Source: an uncultured Actinomycetes bacterium (GTDB lineage Bacteria > Actinomycetota > Thermoleophilia > RBG-16-64-13). Taken from it: a DNA stretch of 64,000 bases. Below the pieces are notes generated by a model, which made no database searches, was not told where the DNA came from, and was given only the letters and a program-made list of their open reading frames with translations. This document shows positions 29,867 through 40,658 of this stretch, piece by piece. Where the stretch lies: assembly GCA_963814415.1 (NCBI GenBank), contig CAWFCN010000001.1, forward strand, positions 683,231-747,230. Reading direction: 5' to 3'. Each line of letters opens with the position of its first letter. The first letter of the stretch is position 1. Made by a program: the position numbers and the translations under genes.

Positions 29867-30469
29867 ATGTCCGACTCAAGAACCGCACGGCCGCTTCTGC
29901 GCAGAGCCACCCCCACGCCGACCCGCGCGCGCTCCCGATCCGCGGCCGTGCGCTCTCTCGTCTCTCTGTTGGCGGCGTTGCTGCTGGGCGCCGGCCTCCT
30001 GGTCTCGGGTTGCGGGAGCTCAGACCCCGCGGAGACGGTGACCCCGAGCGCGACCGTCGTCGCGACCGACCCCGAGGCCCTCGCCAACGCCGTGATCGAC
30101 GAGTGGTCCGCCGCCATGCAGGCGCTGGTGACGCTGCTGGAGGACAAGCCCGAGGCCTCCGCCGTCCAGGCCGAGGTGCAGTCTCTCAAGGAGAGCGTCA
30201 TCCAGTCACTGGTCGCCCTCGGTAGTCAGCGCGAGACCCTCAGCGACTCCGACAAGGCACGAGTCGACTCGTTGGAGTGGTCGGCCATGCAGGCCTTGAG
30301 CGACCAGGCCTGGTATGCCGACTACAACACCCTGTGGAGCTACTACTCGGACGCCGATCTGGAGTTCGCCAATCTGGTGGCCGGCTTCAACGTCCTGATG
30401 CAGTACTCTGACTTTGCGCTGCTGCAGCAGCAGCTCCCAGAAGAGGCCGCCCGCCTCGGAGTCGAATAG
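29867..30469 (+). CDS. lipoprotein, hypothetical
   Basis: Lipobox LVSGCGSS. 200 aa, helical, no known domain. Confidence 0.6.
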   Translation: MSDSRTARPLLRRATPTPTRARSRSAAVRSLVSLLAALLLGAGLLVSGCGSSDPAETVTPSATVVATDPEALANAVIDEWSAAMQALVTLLEDKPEASAVQAEVQSLKESVIQSLVALGSQRETLSDSDKARVDSLEWSAMQALSDQAWYADYNTLWSYYSDADLEFANLVAGFNVLMQYSDFALLQQQLPEEAARLGVE

Positions 30470-30501
30470 GCAACTCTCGCGGGCGAGCAGGAGGAACGAC
30501 C

Positions 30502-32385
30502 ACGGACACAACTCACCAGACCATCTACTCGATCACTTTCCAGCCTTCGGGCCGCAGAGAACAGGCCGCTGCCGGCGAAGACCTGCTGACCGTCGCCCGC
30601 CGGGCCGGCGTGCAGATAGAGACCGCCTGCGGCGGCAAGGGCACCTGCGGCAAGTGCCGCGTGCGCATGGAGACGACCAGCGCCACCACTCCGGTCGCCG
30701 AGAGCGAACCCGCGGTGGCTCCGCCCACCGAGAGCGAACGCCGCTTGTTGGGCACAGAGCTTCTAGCCTCCGGACTCCGGTTGGCCTGCCAGACGCAGGT
30801 GCTGGGCGACGCGCGCGTCTTCGTGCCCGAAGAGAGCCGCATTACCACCCGAACGGGCACCAAGGAGGCGCGCCAGCGTTCACGGCAATTGGACCCCGCT
30901 GTGCGGGCGTACCCACTTGCACAGTTGCGCGGTCTCGCGGATCTGGAGATGGCGCCCGCGGCGCAAGAGGCGCTGTCCCGTTTGGCCGGCCAACCGGAGG
31001 ACGGCCTGACCGCAGTGGTCTGGAGAGGAGGCCCCGCCGACTCTTCCGGTTCCGTCCTAGACGTGCGGCCGACGGCGGACCCCGGGCGCGTGTTGGGACT
31101 CGCGGTGGATGTCGGTACCACCACCATCGCGGCCTACCTCGCCGACCTCACCACCGGCGAGCTGCTTGCCACCGAATCGAACCTCAACCCGCAGGTGGCC
31201 TACGGCGACGACATCATCGCCCGGCTGCAATATGCCGCTCACCAGCCCGAGGGAGGCCGTGAGCTGCAGCAGAAGGCGGCCGAGGAGGTCGATCGGCTGG
31301 CCCTGCGGGCCGCCGAGAGGGCCGGCGCGCAGGTCACCGACATCTACGACGTGGTCATGGTGGGTAATACAGCCATACACCATCTGTTCCTGGGGCTAGA
31401 CACCGACACGCTGCGCCGGGCGCCCTTCGAACCCGCCGTGACAAAGGCCATCGATGCCACGGCCGCCGCGGTGGGACTTCACTTCCATCCCGCGTGCCGG
31501 CTGTACGCCCTGCCCAACGAAGCGGGCTTCGTCGGCGCCGACAATGTGGCGGTGATCATTGCCGAGGAGCCCTACAAACAAGACGAGGTCACCCTACTCA
31601 TAGACGTCGGCACCAACGGCGAGCTGGTACTGGGCGACCGCAAGCGCATGCTCTCGGCCTCGTGCGCCACGGGACCCGCCTTCGAGGGAGCTCACATAGA
31701 GCACGGCATGCGTGCCGCCGCGGGCGCGATAGAGAGGGTGCGGGTAGACCCCCAGACTCTCGAGGTCAACTTCAAGGTCATCGGCACCGACGCTTGGAGC
31801 CAGGATCTGGCGCCCGGCCAGGTGAAGGCCCGAGGCATCTGCGGTTCGGGCGTCATCGAGGCGGCCGCGGAGATGCTTCGGTGCGGAGTCATCCTCCCCG
31901 ACGGCGGGTTCGCTCCCGACCTGGTTCACGAACGCATCCTGCAGGTGGACGGCAGGCCGCGCAAGTTGGTGCTCGCCCGAGCGGAGGAGTCACTCACGGG
32001 ACACCCCATAACCGTGTCGCTCAAAGACATCCGCGCCCTGCAACTGGGCAAAGCCGCGCTTCGAGCCGGCGCCGAGATCCTCCTCAGCCTCTACGGGGTC
32101 GAGCGGCCCGACCGAGTCGTCCTGGCCGGCGCCTTTGGCAGCTATATAGACACTGGGGCTGCTCTCGCCCTCGGCATGCTGCCCGCCTGCGAGCCGCTCA
32201 AGGTCACCTCCGTGGGCAACGCGGCCGGAGACGGCGCGCTGCTGGCGCTGCTGGCGCTGGGCAAGCGGCGCGAGGCCGAATGGGCAGCCGAAGCCGTGGA
32301 ATACGTGGAGTTGGCCTCGGTTCCGGACTTCCAGCGGCGCTACATGGAGGCCATGCGCTTCGAATCCTCGCTGGGACGGGGGTAG
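30502..32385 (+). CDS. corrinoid reductive activase (RACo-like ASKHA/DUF4445 protein with N-terminal 2Fe-2S ferredoxin domain); start codon non-canonical or corrupted
   Basis: The 2Fe-2S motif CGGKGTCGKCRV is preceded in-frame by TIYSITFQPSGRR with no stop back to 30470. There is no ATG/GTG/TTG in this stretch. GGAGGA plus 6 nt precede ACG at 30502. C-terminal ASKHA ATPase domain. Confidence 0.75.
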   Translation, partial: TDTTHQTIYSITFQPSGRREQAAAGEDLLTVARRAGVQIETACGGKGTCGKCRVRMETTSATTPVAESEPAVAPPTESERRLLGTELLASGLRLACQTQVLGDARVFVPEESRITTRTGTKEARQRSRQLDPAVRAYPLAQLRGLADLEMAPAAQEALSRLAGQPEDGLTAVVWRGGPADSSGSVLDVRPTADPGRVLGLAVDVGTTTIAAYLADLTTGELLATESNLNPQVAYGDDIIARLQYAAHQPEGGRELQQKAAEEVDRLALRAAERAGAQVTDIYDVVMVGNTAIHHLFLGLDTDTLRRAPFEPAVTKAIDATAAAVGLHFHPACRLYALPNEAGFVGADNVAVIIAEEPYKQDEVTLLIDVGTNGELVLGDRKRMLSASCATGPAFEGAHIEHGMRAAAGAIERVRVDPQTLEVNFKVIGTDAWSQDLAPGQVKARGICGSGVIEAAAEMLRCGVILPDGGFAPDLVHERILQVDGRPRKLVLARAEESLTGHPITVSLKDIRALQLGKAALRAGAEILLSLYGVERPDRVVLAGAFGSYIDTGAALALGMLPACEPLKVTSVGNAAGDGALLALLALGKRREAEWAAEAVEYVELASVPDFQRRYMEAMRFESSLGRG

Positions 32386-32473
32386 GACCAGTCGCGGCCA
32401 AGCCCTCGCGAACTTTGGAATCACAGGTGAATCAGAGGATAATCGCGCGCAGAGTCAAGCGAACGGAGCCGCG

Positions 32474-33355
32474 ATGAGCCTACTAGACCTTCTTAGCAGC
32501 GAGCGCAAGACCCTCTTCCTGGATGGGGCCATGGGCACCCAGTTGGGCGAGATGGGACTCGAGATGGGCGGACAGAACTGTGTCACGCATCCCGAAGCAG
32601 TGTTGGCCGTACACGAAAAGTACTCCGCCTGCGGCCTCGACCTCTTGATCACCAACACCCTGACCATGAACCGGGTCAACCTGGACGCCCACAACGTAGG
32701 CGTGGATGTGCGCGAGGTCAACCTGGCCGGCGCGCGGCTGGCCAGGCAGGCCGCTCGCCCCGGTCAGTACGTGCTGGGCGACATCAGTTCCACCGGCAAG
32801 CTACTCAAGCCCTACGGGCCGCTCGCTGAAGAAGAAGCTTACGAGGCCTTCAAAGAGCAGGCCTCGATCCTTGCCGAAGGTGGCGTCGACGGGTTCGTGG
32901 TGGAGACCATGACCGACCTGCGCGAAGCCCTCTGCGCCGTGCGCGCGGTCCGAGAGGCCAGCGCGCTGCCCGTACTCGCCTCGATGAGCTTCAAGACCGC
33001 CGGCAACGGTGGACGCACCATCATGGGCAATACCGCCGCCGAGTGTGCGGTCCGCCTCGCCGAAGCGGGCGCCGATGCCGTGGGCGCCAACTGCGGCGAA
33101 CTCGATCCCTTCGAGATGGCCGAGGTAGTCGCCCTCATGCGCGCGGCCACCCCGGTGAGTATCCTCGCGCAACCCAATGCCGGCAAAGTGCAGTTGGTGG
33201 ACATGCAGCCCACCTATGGCATGTCGCCTGCGGATTTCGCCGAGGGCGTGCGCGCCTGCGTGCAGGCTGGGGCTCGTCTGGTGGGCGGGTGTTGCGGCAC
33301 TTCGCCCGCTCACATCAAGGCCGCGGTCGACCTGCTGGCCGGAGCGTCCGCGTGA
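32474..33355 (+). CDS. homocysteine S-methyltransferase domain protein (Hcy-binding/pterin-type methyltransferase)
   Basis: LLDGAMGTQL start of the Hcy domain and zinc-ligand cysteines GANCGE and GGCCGTSP. Confidence 0.75.
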   Translation: MSLLDLLSSERKTLFLDGAMGTQLGEMGLEMGGQNCVTHPEAVLAVHEKYSACGLDLLITNTLTMNRVNLDAHNVGVDVREVNLAGARLARQAARPGQYVLGDISSTGKLLKPYGPLAEEEAYEAFKEQASILAEGGVDGFVVETMTDLREALCAVRAVREASALPVLASMSFKTAGNGGRTIMGNTAAECAVRLAEAGADAVGANCGELDPFEMAEVVALMRAATPVSILAQPNAGKVQLVDMQPTYGMSPADFAEGVRACVQAGARLVGGCCGTSPAHIKAAVDLLAGASA

Positions 33356-34596
33356 CCTCTTCGGCTGGCCCCCGCCGGACCCCGCTCTACGAAAGACATG
33401 TGACCCTGGGCGCCAGGATGGTGGACTTCGCCGGCTGGGACATGCCCCTCAACTACCCGGCGGGCGTGGTCACCGAGCACCTGACCACCCGGCGGGCCGC
33501 GGGGCTGTTCGATGTCTCGCACATGGGCCGCTTTTCGGTGAAGGGACCCGGCGCCGTTCGCTTCCTGCAACACTGGCTCACCAACGATGCCGCCGCCCTC
33601 CCGGTCGCGCGGGCACACTACACGCTGCTCTCCGACGAGACCGGCGGCGCCATCGACGATGCCTACCTGTACCGCTTCGTAGAGGACGAGTACCTGCTGG
33701 TGGTCAACGCCGCCAACCGGCTCAAGGACTGGGATCGGCTGTATACGCAGGCGGGCGCGGGTGAGGTCGAGCTGATGGACATCACTGGGGAGTTGGCCAT
33801 GATCTCGCTGCAGGGCCCCCTGTCGGCCGACCTGCTGGGCGGCCTGCTGGAGGCAGGCGCTCTTCCCGAGGCGCGTCGGAACGCCCTCTCGACTGCCACC
33901 ATCGCCGGCGGCGAGGTATGGATGGGGCGCACCGGCTACACCGGCGAGCCGCTGTGCTTCGAACTGTTCGCTCCGCCTGCGCGCGCCCAAACCATCTGGG
34001 ACCTGCTGATCGCGGCTGGAGCCTCTCCCGTCGGACTCGGCGCGCGCGACACTCTGCGCCTGGAGGCGGCCCTGCCTCTGTATGGCCACGAGCAGGGACT
34101 CGACCCCGACGGTCGCGAGATCCCCCTGCTGTCCTGCCCTGTGGCGGCCTATGGCGTGAGTCTCTCCGAAACCAGGGGTGACTTCATAGGCCGCGCGGCC
34201 CTTGGGCGTCAGCAGGAGGCCTACCGCCGCATACTGGCGGGCGACTACTCACTTAAGGCCGAGCTACCCCGCCTTGTCAGGCCCTTGGCGGTGACAGGCA
34301 GAGGCGTGGCTCGAGCCGGGTCGGCGGTGCTGCGAGACGGCCACTCCGTCGGTTGGGTGACCAGCGGCACGATGGTGCCCTACTGGAAGTCCGCCGTCGC
34401 AGGCGTTGATGGCGAACCCGCGGGCGAGCAAGACCTGCGGGCCATCTGCCTCGCCTATCTGGACTGCGAAGTCTCCACCGGTGACTCCGTGGCCATAGAC
34501 ATCCGCGGCAAGACGGTCGCGGCCATGGTGGTCGGCCGGCATCTCAAGAACGACAAGCCGCCCTACGCGCGGCCTGTCCTCTATCGGGGGCGCTGA
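33351..34596 (+). CDS. GcvT-family aminomethyltransferase (folate-binding)
   Basis: TPLYERH...MVDFAGWDMPLNY N-terminus typical of the glycine cleavage T-protein family. GTG start overlaps the upstream stop (GTGA). Confidence 0.8.
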
Positions 34597-34616
34597 CCGA
34601 GAACGCCGGCCTCCGG

Positions 34617-35129
34617 CTACGTCTCAGCTTTGGGCTGAGGCGCCTTGCCCTTCTGGATAGTGGCTTCCACCTCGGGAGCCACGAATACTATGTCTTTGCC
34701 CACTTCCATGGTCGGCGGGGTCGGCAAGAAGTGACGGCCGGAGAATACGCCACCCGAAAGCTCGTAGCCCAGCACCTGGCCGGTGCGTTCGTCGAACTGC
34801 ACGTCTTCGATCTCGCCCAGATCTTTGCCGGCCGTGGTCTGCAACTTGCGGTTCTTGAACCTGAGCTTGCTGTCCAGCACTTCCTTGATCTCCGGAGCAC
34901 CCGCCGCTTTGACCACGTCGCCTATGGTGTTGAAGATCACGTTGTCCGGGCCGATGTTCTGCAGACCCGCCCACCGCGCGACAAGGGTCTTCTTGAACGG
35001 ACTCTCCGCCAGGACAAAGCCGAGCACTTGGTGGCCGGTGACATCGATGACCAGGTCCTTCACCTTGCCGGTCTTCTGTCCACCCTCGCGAATGACCGCC
35101 GCTCTTCCGAGCACCTCACTTGCCTTCAT
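34617..35129 (-). CDS. PRC-barrel domain protein
   Basis: Two PRC-barrel-like repeats (VIREGGQKTGKVKDLVID and LGEIEDVQFDERTGQVLGYEL). Start MKASEVLG. Confidence 0.65.
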   Translation of the reverse strand: MKASEVLGRAAVIREGGQKTGKVKDLVIDVTGHQVLGFVLAESPFKKTLVARWAGLQNIGPDNVIFNTIGDVVKAAGAPEIKEVLDSKLRFKNRKLQTTAGKDLGEIEDVQFDERTGQVLGYELSGGVFSGRHFLPTPPTMEVGKDIVFVAPEVEATIQKGKAPQPKAET

Positions 35130-35149
35130 CACCGCGAACCTCCCGCTCT

Positions 35150-35269
35150 CTAGAATATGTGGGCCGTCCCGGTGACATCCAGTACGACCAGGATGACCAC
35201 TACCAGAACTGCCAGGGACAACAGCTCCCACCAGATGAGGTGGGTCCTCTTACCGATGAATCTGGGCAT
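35150..35269 (-). CDS. possible 39-aa single-TM small protein
   Basis: An unlisted small ORF encoding MPRFIGKRTHLIWWELLSLAVLVVVILVVLDVTGTAHIF, immediately downstream of the PRC-barrel gene. Confidence 0.25.
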   Translation of the reverse strand: MPRFIGKRTHLIWWELLSLAVLVVVILVVLDVTGTAHIF

Positions 35270-35420
35270 GCATGCCTCCAGTGGCGGTTCGCGACGCGTT
35301 TTCGCTCAGGTGTGTCTATTGTAACCAAGGCCGCCGCTGGAAAAACATACGGGGCCGCGTCACCTTTGGTGACGCGGCCCCCGAACGTCTCTCTCCTGCG
35401 AGTCTACTCGCTCGCCGTTA

Positions 35421-35792
35421 CTACCAGCTGGAGCCGCCGCCGCCGTAGCCACCGCTACGGCCGTAGCCGCCACCGCCCCCGCCACCGCCGCCGTAGCCGC
35501 CGCGGCCACCGCCGCCGCCAAAACCGCCGGGGCGACGTTGTTCTTGCTCACGGGCATTGTCGACATTGATGGTGCGACCGTCGATCTCGGCCCCGTTGAG
35601 AGCGGCCTTAGCCGCCTCGGCTGCTTCGGGGGTAGCCATCTCGACGAAGGCGAAGCCTTTGGGGCGTCCGGTCTGGCGGTCGGTGATGATGTTTACCGCC
35701 GATACCTCACCGTGTTCGCTGAACGCCTTCTCCAGGGCTTCCTTGGTGGTGCCGTAGGAGATGTTCCCGACATACAGTCTCGCTGTGCCCAT
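35421..35792 (-). CDS. RRM-type RNA-binding protein with glycine-rich C-terminus
   Basis: RNP-2 LYVGNI and RNP-1 KGFAFVEM motifs, followed by an RGGYGGGGGGGGGYGRSGGYGGGG tail. Confidence 0.85.
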   Translation of the reverse strand: MGTARLYVGNISYGTTKEALEKAFSEHGEVSAVNIITDRQTGRPKGFAFVEMATPEAAEAAKAALNGAEIDGRTINVDNAREQEQRRPGGFGGGGGRGGYGGGGGGGGGYGRSGGYGGGGSSW

Positions 35793-35960
35793 CTGTCCCT
35801 CCCCGTTACCGGTAACAGAACCGCATGCGTTCGGATGCACCTAGCGGACGGAGGAGCTGATGAAGCACTCTGCACGTCGCGGCGAGGCTTCCTATCGATG
35901 CGGCCCCATCATACAACATTGCGCTGTACAAGGGGAAATGCAATGAAGTATTGAGATTGG

Positions 35961-36224
35961 CTAGACTTGGACGGGCTCCTGGCCGGATTTGCCGCCGTCT
36001 TCACCCTGCTCACCCAGCGCTAGAAGTATGTCCTCCAGTTCAGCCACGCGGCTACTCAGAGCAGAGAGCTCGGTGGTCAACCTTTCGGCGGCCTGGCTGA
36101 CCTTGGAGCCGGCGGCCTCGCTGAGGTCATCTTCTTGGATGAGTTCTTCGATCTCGTCCAGGTAGAAGAAGGCCTCGTCCAACTTGAGCTTCGCCTTGTC
36201 AAGATTGCCGATTATTCGGTCCAA
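35961..36224 (-). CDS. small coiled-coil hypothetical protein
   Basis: TTG start with AGGGAGGG SD. Heptad-like acidic helices. Confidence 0.35.
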   Translation of the reverse strand: MDRIIGNLDKAKLKLDEAFFYLDEIEELIQEDDLSEAAGSKVSQAAERLTTELSALSSRVAELEDILLALGEQGEDGGKSGQEPVQV

Positions 36225-36284
36225 TGTGTCCCTCCCTTGAGGCTTCTGGACGTATATTACACGTATACCCAGAAGGAGAAACGC

Positions 36285-37010
36285 ATGACCGGCCACCACG
36301 GCAAGAGCTTCAAGCTAGAGGTCCCCGACGCCGGGTCTGTGACTGCCAAGATCGACGCGCCCAGCGCTCCGCCGCGGGGCGCCCCCGCTCTGGTCCTGGC
36401 GCACGGAGCCAACAACAACCTGGAGTATCCGCTGCTCGCCTATGTGGCCGAAGCGCTGGTGGCAGCGGCTGGGGCCACGGTCATACGCTTCAACTTCCCC
36501 TACGTGGAGCGCGGTGCCGATCACGGTACCGACTCCTTGGACACCCTCCTGGCGACCTTCACGAGGGCGCACGACCACTTGACCCAAGAGGTAGTGTCGG
36601 CGGACACCCCGGTCTTTGTTGGCGGCAAGTCGCTGGGCGGACGCGTGGCGGCCGAACTGGTCTCGCGCCGGCCCGAGAGCGACGGACTGCAGGCCGCGGG
36701 CTTGGTGGAGTTGGGGTACCCCCTCCACGCCCCCGGACGCACAGACCACCTGAACGTCAAGCCGCTCCGCCACATCGACATCCCCAGCCTCTTCTGCGTG
36801 GGCGGCCACGATGTCTTCTGCCACTTAGATCTCTTCAAGCCCGTATTGCCGACGCTCATGGCGCCCGCGGAGCTCTTTGTAGTCGAGAGCGGCGACCACT
36901 CGCTCCTGCTGCCGCATTCCTCCGGCAGGGAGCCGGACGCCGCCTACCCAGAGGTGGTCGCCAAGATAGCCGCGTTCATGCTCCGCACCGCACCGGCCGG
37001 ATCTCGGTAG
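36285..37010 (+). CDS. alpha/beta hydrolase fold protein
   Basis: GGKSLGGRV nucleophile elbow (GxSxG) and dienelactone-hydrolase-like length. AGAAGGAGAAA SD before the ATG. Confidence 0.75.
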   Translation: MTGHHGKSFKLEVPDAGSVTAKIDAPSAPPRGAPALVLAHGANNNLEYPLLAYVAEALVAAAGATVIRFNFPYVERGADHGTDSLDTLLATFTRAHDHLTQEVVSADTPVFVGGKSLGGRVAAELVSRRPESDGLQAAGLVELGYPLHAPGRTDHLNVKPLRHIDIPSLFCVGGHDVFCHLDLFKPVLPTLMAPAELFVVESGDHSLLLPHSSGREPDAAYPEVVAKIAAFMLRTAPAGSR

Positions 37011-37046
37011 AGTCGGAGTCTCGCCAAGGTCAGGGCCGTGCCCAGG

Positions 37047-38000
37047 TCAGGGCCCGGGAGGTGCGACCTCCGCGTTGGGGTCTGAATTCTTGTGTGAGCC
37101 CATGCGCGCCATGATGGTGCCCAAGAAGACCAGCGCAAAACCCAGCGAGTTGCGCACCGTGAGGACGTCATATCCCAGGACGATGCCGCTCAGCAGCGCA
37201 AAGACCGCCTCCAGGCTCATGAACACCGTCGCCAGGGTGTCGGGCGTATGTCTCTGCCCGAACGCCATGAGCCAATAGGCCACTACGCCCCCCATGACGC
37301 CCGTCCAGAGAATCACTCCGGTGGCCTCCCAGCCGGGGAACAGCGGGGGACGCTCCCAGGCGAAACCGGTGATGAGGCAGAGTGCCGCGCACATGCCCAT
37401 CTGCAGCAGCACCAGAATCGTCACGTCATATCTGACGCACGCGTAGCCAACCACCACGATGTGCAGAGCCCAGAAGATGCTGGCCACCAGGGTAAGCGTC
37501 TCGCCGGTCCCGAACTGCATCTTCCCGTAGAGCGAGAGCGCCGCCATGCCTCCCATTACCACGGCGATGCCCACCCAGACCAGCGGCGAGGGCCAGCGCC
37601 TGCGGATCACGCCGATTATCAAAGGCACCAAGACCACGTAGACACTGGTCAGAAAGCCCGACATCCCCGGAGAAACGGTCTTGAGCGACACCGTCTGTAG
37701 CACGAAGCCACAGAATAAGAGGGCTCCCAGTCCGAGGCCCAGCAGCCAGCCGCGACGATCCAACCCCCGTAGACGCCGGACACTGAACGGCAACAGCACC
37801 AGCGCGGCCACCAAGAACCTCAGGCCCAAGTAGTAGACGGGGGGCATGTTCTCCAGCGCCGACTTGACCAGGGTGAAGTTGACCCCCCAGATGATGCCGG
37901 CCAGAGCCAGACCGACCTCTGCGAGCACTCGCACTCGCCTAGGGCTCGAATCTGGCCACGCCAGTAGGCGTCGACCACGTGCAAACCGGTTGTCAGGCAT
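37047..38000 (-). CDS. EamA/DMT family transporter
   Basis: Ten TM helices in two EamA repeats. ATG at 38000 (MPDNRF). The longer ORF to 38195 is probably a 5' UTR. Confidence 0.8.
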   Translation of the reverse strand: MPDNRFARGRRLLAWPDSSPRRVRVLAEVGLALAGIIWGVNFTLVKSALENMPPVYYLGLRFLVAALVLLPFSVRRLRGLDRRGWLLGLGLGALLFCGFVLQTVSLKTVSPGMSGFLTSVYVVLVPLIIGVIRRRWPSPLVWVGIAVVMGGMAALSLYGKMQFGTGETLTLVASIFWALHIVVVGYACVRYDVTILVLLQMGMCAALCLITGFAWERPPLFPGWEATGVILWTGVMGGVVAYWLMAFGQRHTPDTLATVFMSLEAVFALLSGIVLGYDVLTVRNSLGFALVFLGTIMARMGSHKNSDPNAEVAPPGP

Positions 38001-38199
38001 GCCGACCACCACCCGTGCTAGGGCCAAGGGCCGATCACAAGACTGCCTTCGTTGGGGAAGAGATGAATCCCCGAAGGCGCTACGTTGACCGCAACAGCCA
38101 AGGCTATTGACAGCGTTCTGCTCCCAAAAATAGCATAGCCGGCTCCGTTGGGGGGGAGTCGGCCATGCTGCGGGAAAGCTGCTCAGCCCTGACACGATC

Positions 38200-38329
38200 T
38201 AGGAGGGGGGGTTCCATCAACCGTGTATGTTCAGTGCTCAGCGATTAGTAATGTACGCCAACGCAAGTCATAATTCCAATATATTGTTTTGATGTCAGGC
38301 ATCGAATCTACTTATGATAGAATCCGGCC
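38200..38329. promoter_or_regulatory. AT-rich divergent promoter region for LysR and EamA genes
   Basis: Local AT-rich island in a high-GC context. TATGATAGAAT -10-like box ends 10 nt before the LysR ATG, suggesting a leaderless or near-leaderless transcript. Confidence 0.4.
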
Positions 38330-39328
38330 ATGGAGCTCTCGCAACTCAAGTACTTCGTCACCATAGCCGAGACCTTGAGCTTCACCGGAGCGGCTGAATT
38401 GGTGCACGTTTCGCAGCCCGCCCTAAGCTACCAGATGAAGCGTCTGGAAGAGGAACTCGGCGTGCAACTCTTCAAACGGCATGGCCGTAGCATAAGCCTG
38501 ACTCTGGACGGACAGGTGTTCCTCCCCATGGCGCAAGGGGTGCTTTCCCGGGCCAACGAAGCCATGAGGACGGTGCGCGACTACTCAGGCGTGGAGACGG
38601 GCGAGGTCACCATGGGCGTCGCGCCTTCGGTGGGAGCCTATCTGATGCCCGGTCTGCTTGCCTCCTTCCACCAGGTGTTCCCTCGAGTGAGGGTCGATCT
38701 TGTGGAAGACGGCGATCAGCAGCTGCAGCACAGAGTCTTCACGGCGGCCATGGACTTCGCGATAGTGGCCGACCCTGGATCAGCCCACTCGTTGGATGTC
38801 GCCGCGCTGGGCTCCGAGGACCTCTTCGCCGTGGTGCCCCCGACGCACCGCCTCGCGGCTTCGCCGATAATCGATCTGGCGGAGTTCCGCAATGACGATT
38901 TCGTCCTTCCCGCCACCTACTACCATCTGACCACCCAGATCGTCCTAGCCTGCCGGCGCGCCGGATTCGAACCCAACGTGGCCTACCACGTCGCCTCTCT
39001 GGAGACCCTCAAGAATCTGGTCCGCGTCGGCCTGGGGGTCTCGGTGCTCCCCAGTGTCGCGCTCGCCGGCTCCAACAGGGAGAACCTGGCGGTCCTTAGG
39101 ATCAAGAAGGGTCTCACTAGGGACCTCTTCATGATAAAAGCCAAGGACCGCGACATCACCCGTGCCGCCCAGGTGCTGCTCACCTACGTGCGGACGTCAG
39201 TGGCGAAGAGTATGACCTACCCGCCCAAGACGCCGCCCCAGCCCGCGCCGCAGCCAGCGCAGCCCGCCGCGCCGCAGCCAGCGCAGCCCGCCGCGCCGCA
39301 GCCTGAGGCGCCCGCCGCCGACGCATGA
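38330..39328 (+). CDS. LysR family transcriptional regulator with Pro/Ala-rich repetitive C-terminal tail
   Basis: N-terminal HTH (TLSFTGAAELVHVSQPALS) and LysR substrate-binding domain. Tail PQPAPQPAQPAAPQPAQPAAPQPEAP. Confidence 0.9.
   Translation: MELSQLKYFVTIAETLSFTGAAELVHVSQPALSYQMKRLEEELGVQLFKRHGRSISLTLDGQVFLPMAQGVLSRANEAMRTVRDYSGVETGEVTMGVAPSVGAYLMPGLLASFHQVFPRVRVDLVEDGDQQLQHRVFTAAMDFAIVADPGSAHSLDVAALGSEDLFAVVPPTHRLAASPIIDLAEFRNDDFVLPATYYHLTTQIVLACRRAGFEPNVAYHVASLETLKNLVRVGLGVSVLPSVALAGSNRENLAVLRIKKGLTRDLFMIKAKDRDITRAAQVLLTYVRTSVAKSMTYPPKTPPQPAPQPAQPAAPQPAQPAAPQPEAPAADA
39247..39303 (+). repeat. 24-bp tandem repeat, 2.4 copies, inside the LysR 3' end
   Basis: gccgcagccagcgcagcccgccgc repeated in tandem, encoding the QPAQPAAP tail. 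Confidence 0.7.
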
Positions 39329-39555
39329 GACCGGTTGGCGCAGGCCGAAGCTCGGCCCAAGCGGGGTAGGGACCAGCGGCCCTTCTTGAGCCCGCTGGGC
39401 GCGAAAACCCAAAGCCAGGGTGAGCTGGGCGCGGCTCAGGCTAGGAAAGAAGAAGCCCCCGTAGCAACGCTACGGGGGCGACTGATGACGACGCATGAGG
39501 CCGCCCAGCTCACACTAGGCACGAGGGGTTCGCGTCTAGCGGGCGAGAGACGGGC

Positions 39556-40554
<999 letters not shown>

Positions 40555-40658
40555 CTCTACCGTCAACCTCCTCCTACGGATTCGTCCACGCAAAGTACCA
40601 CAAGCGCCCCTGGGCCGCCCGCGCGGCACGCCCCACCGCGACGCATCGGTCACGTCCG

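Noticed and set aside
30414-31262. 282-aa ORF overlapping the RACo gene start
   Set aside because: Arg-rich wrong-frame translation. The in-frame ferredoxin-domain sequence upstream of 30610 shows which frame is real.
38001-38195. Possible riboswitch in the 195-nt region upstream of the EamA transporter start
   Set aside because: No match to riboswitch consensus cores I can recognise (fluoride, guanidine, yybP-ykoY). It is more likely a plain 5' UTR or promoter shared with the LysR gene.
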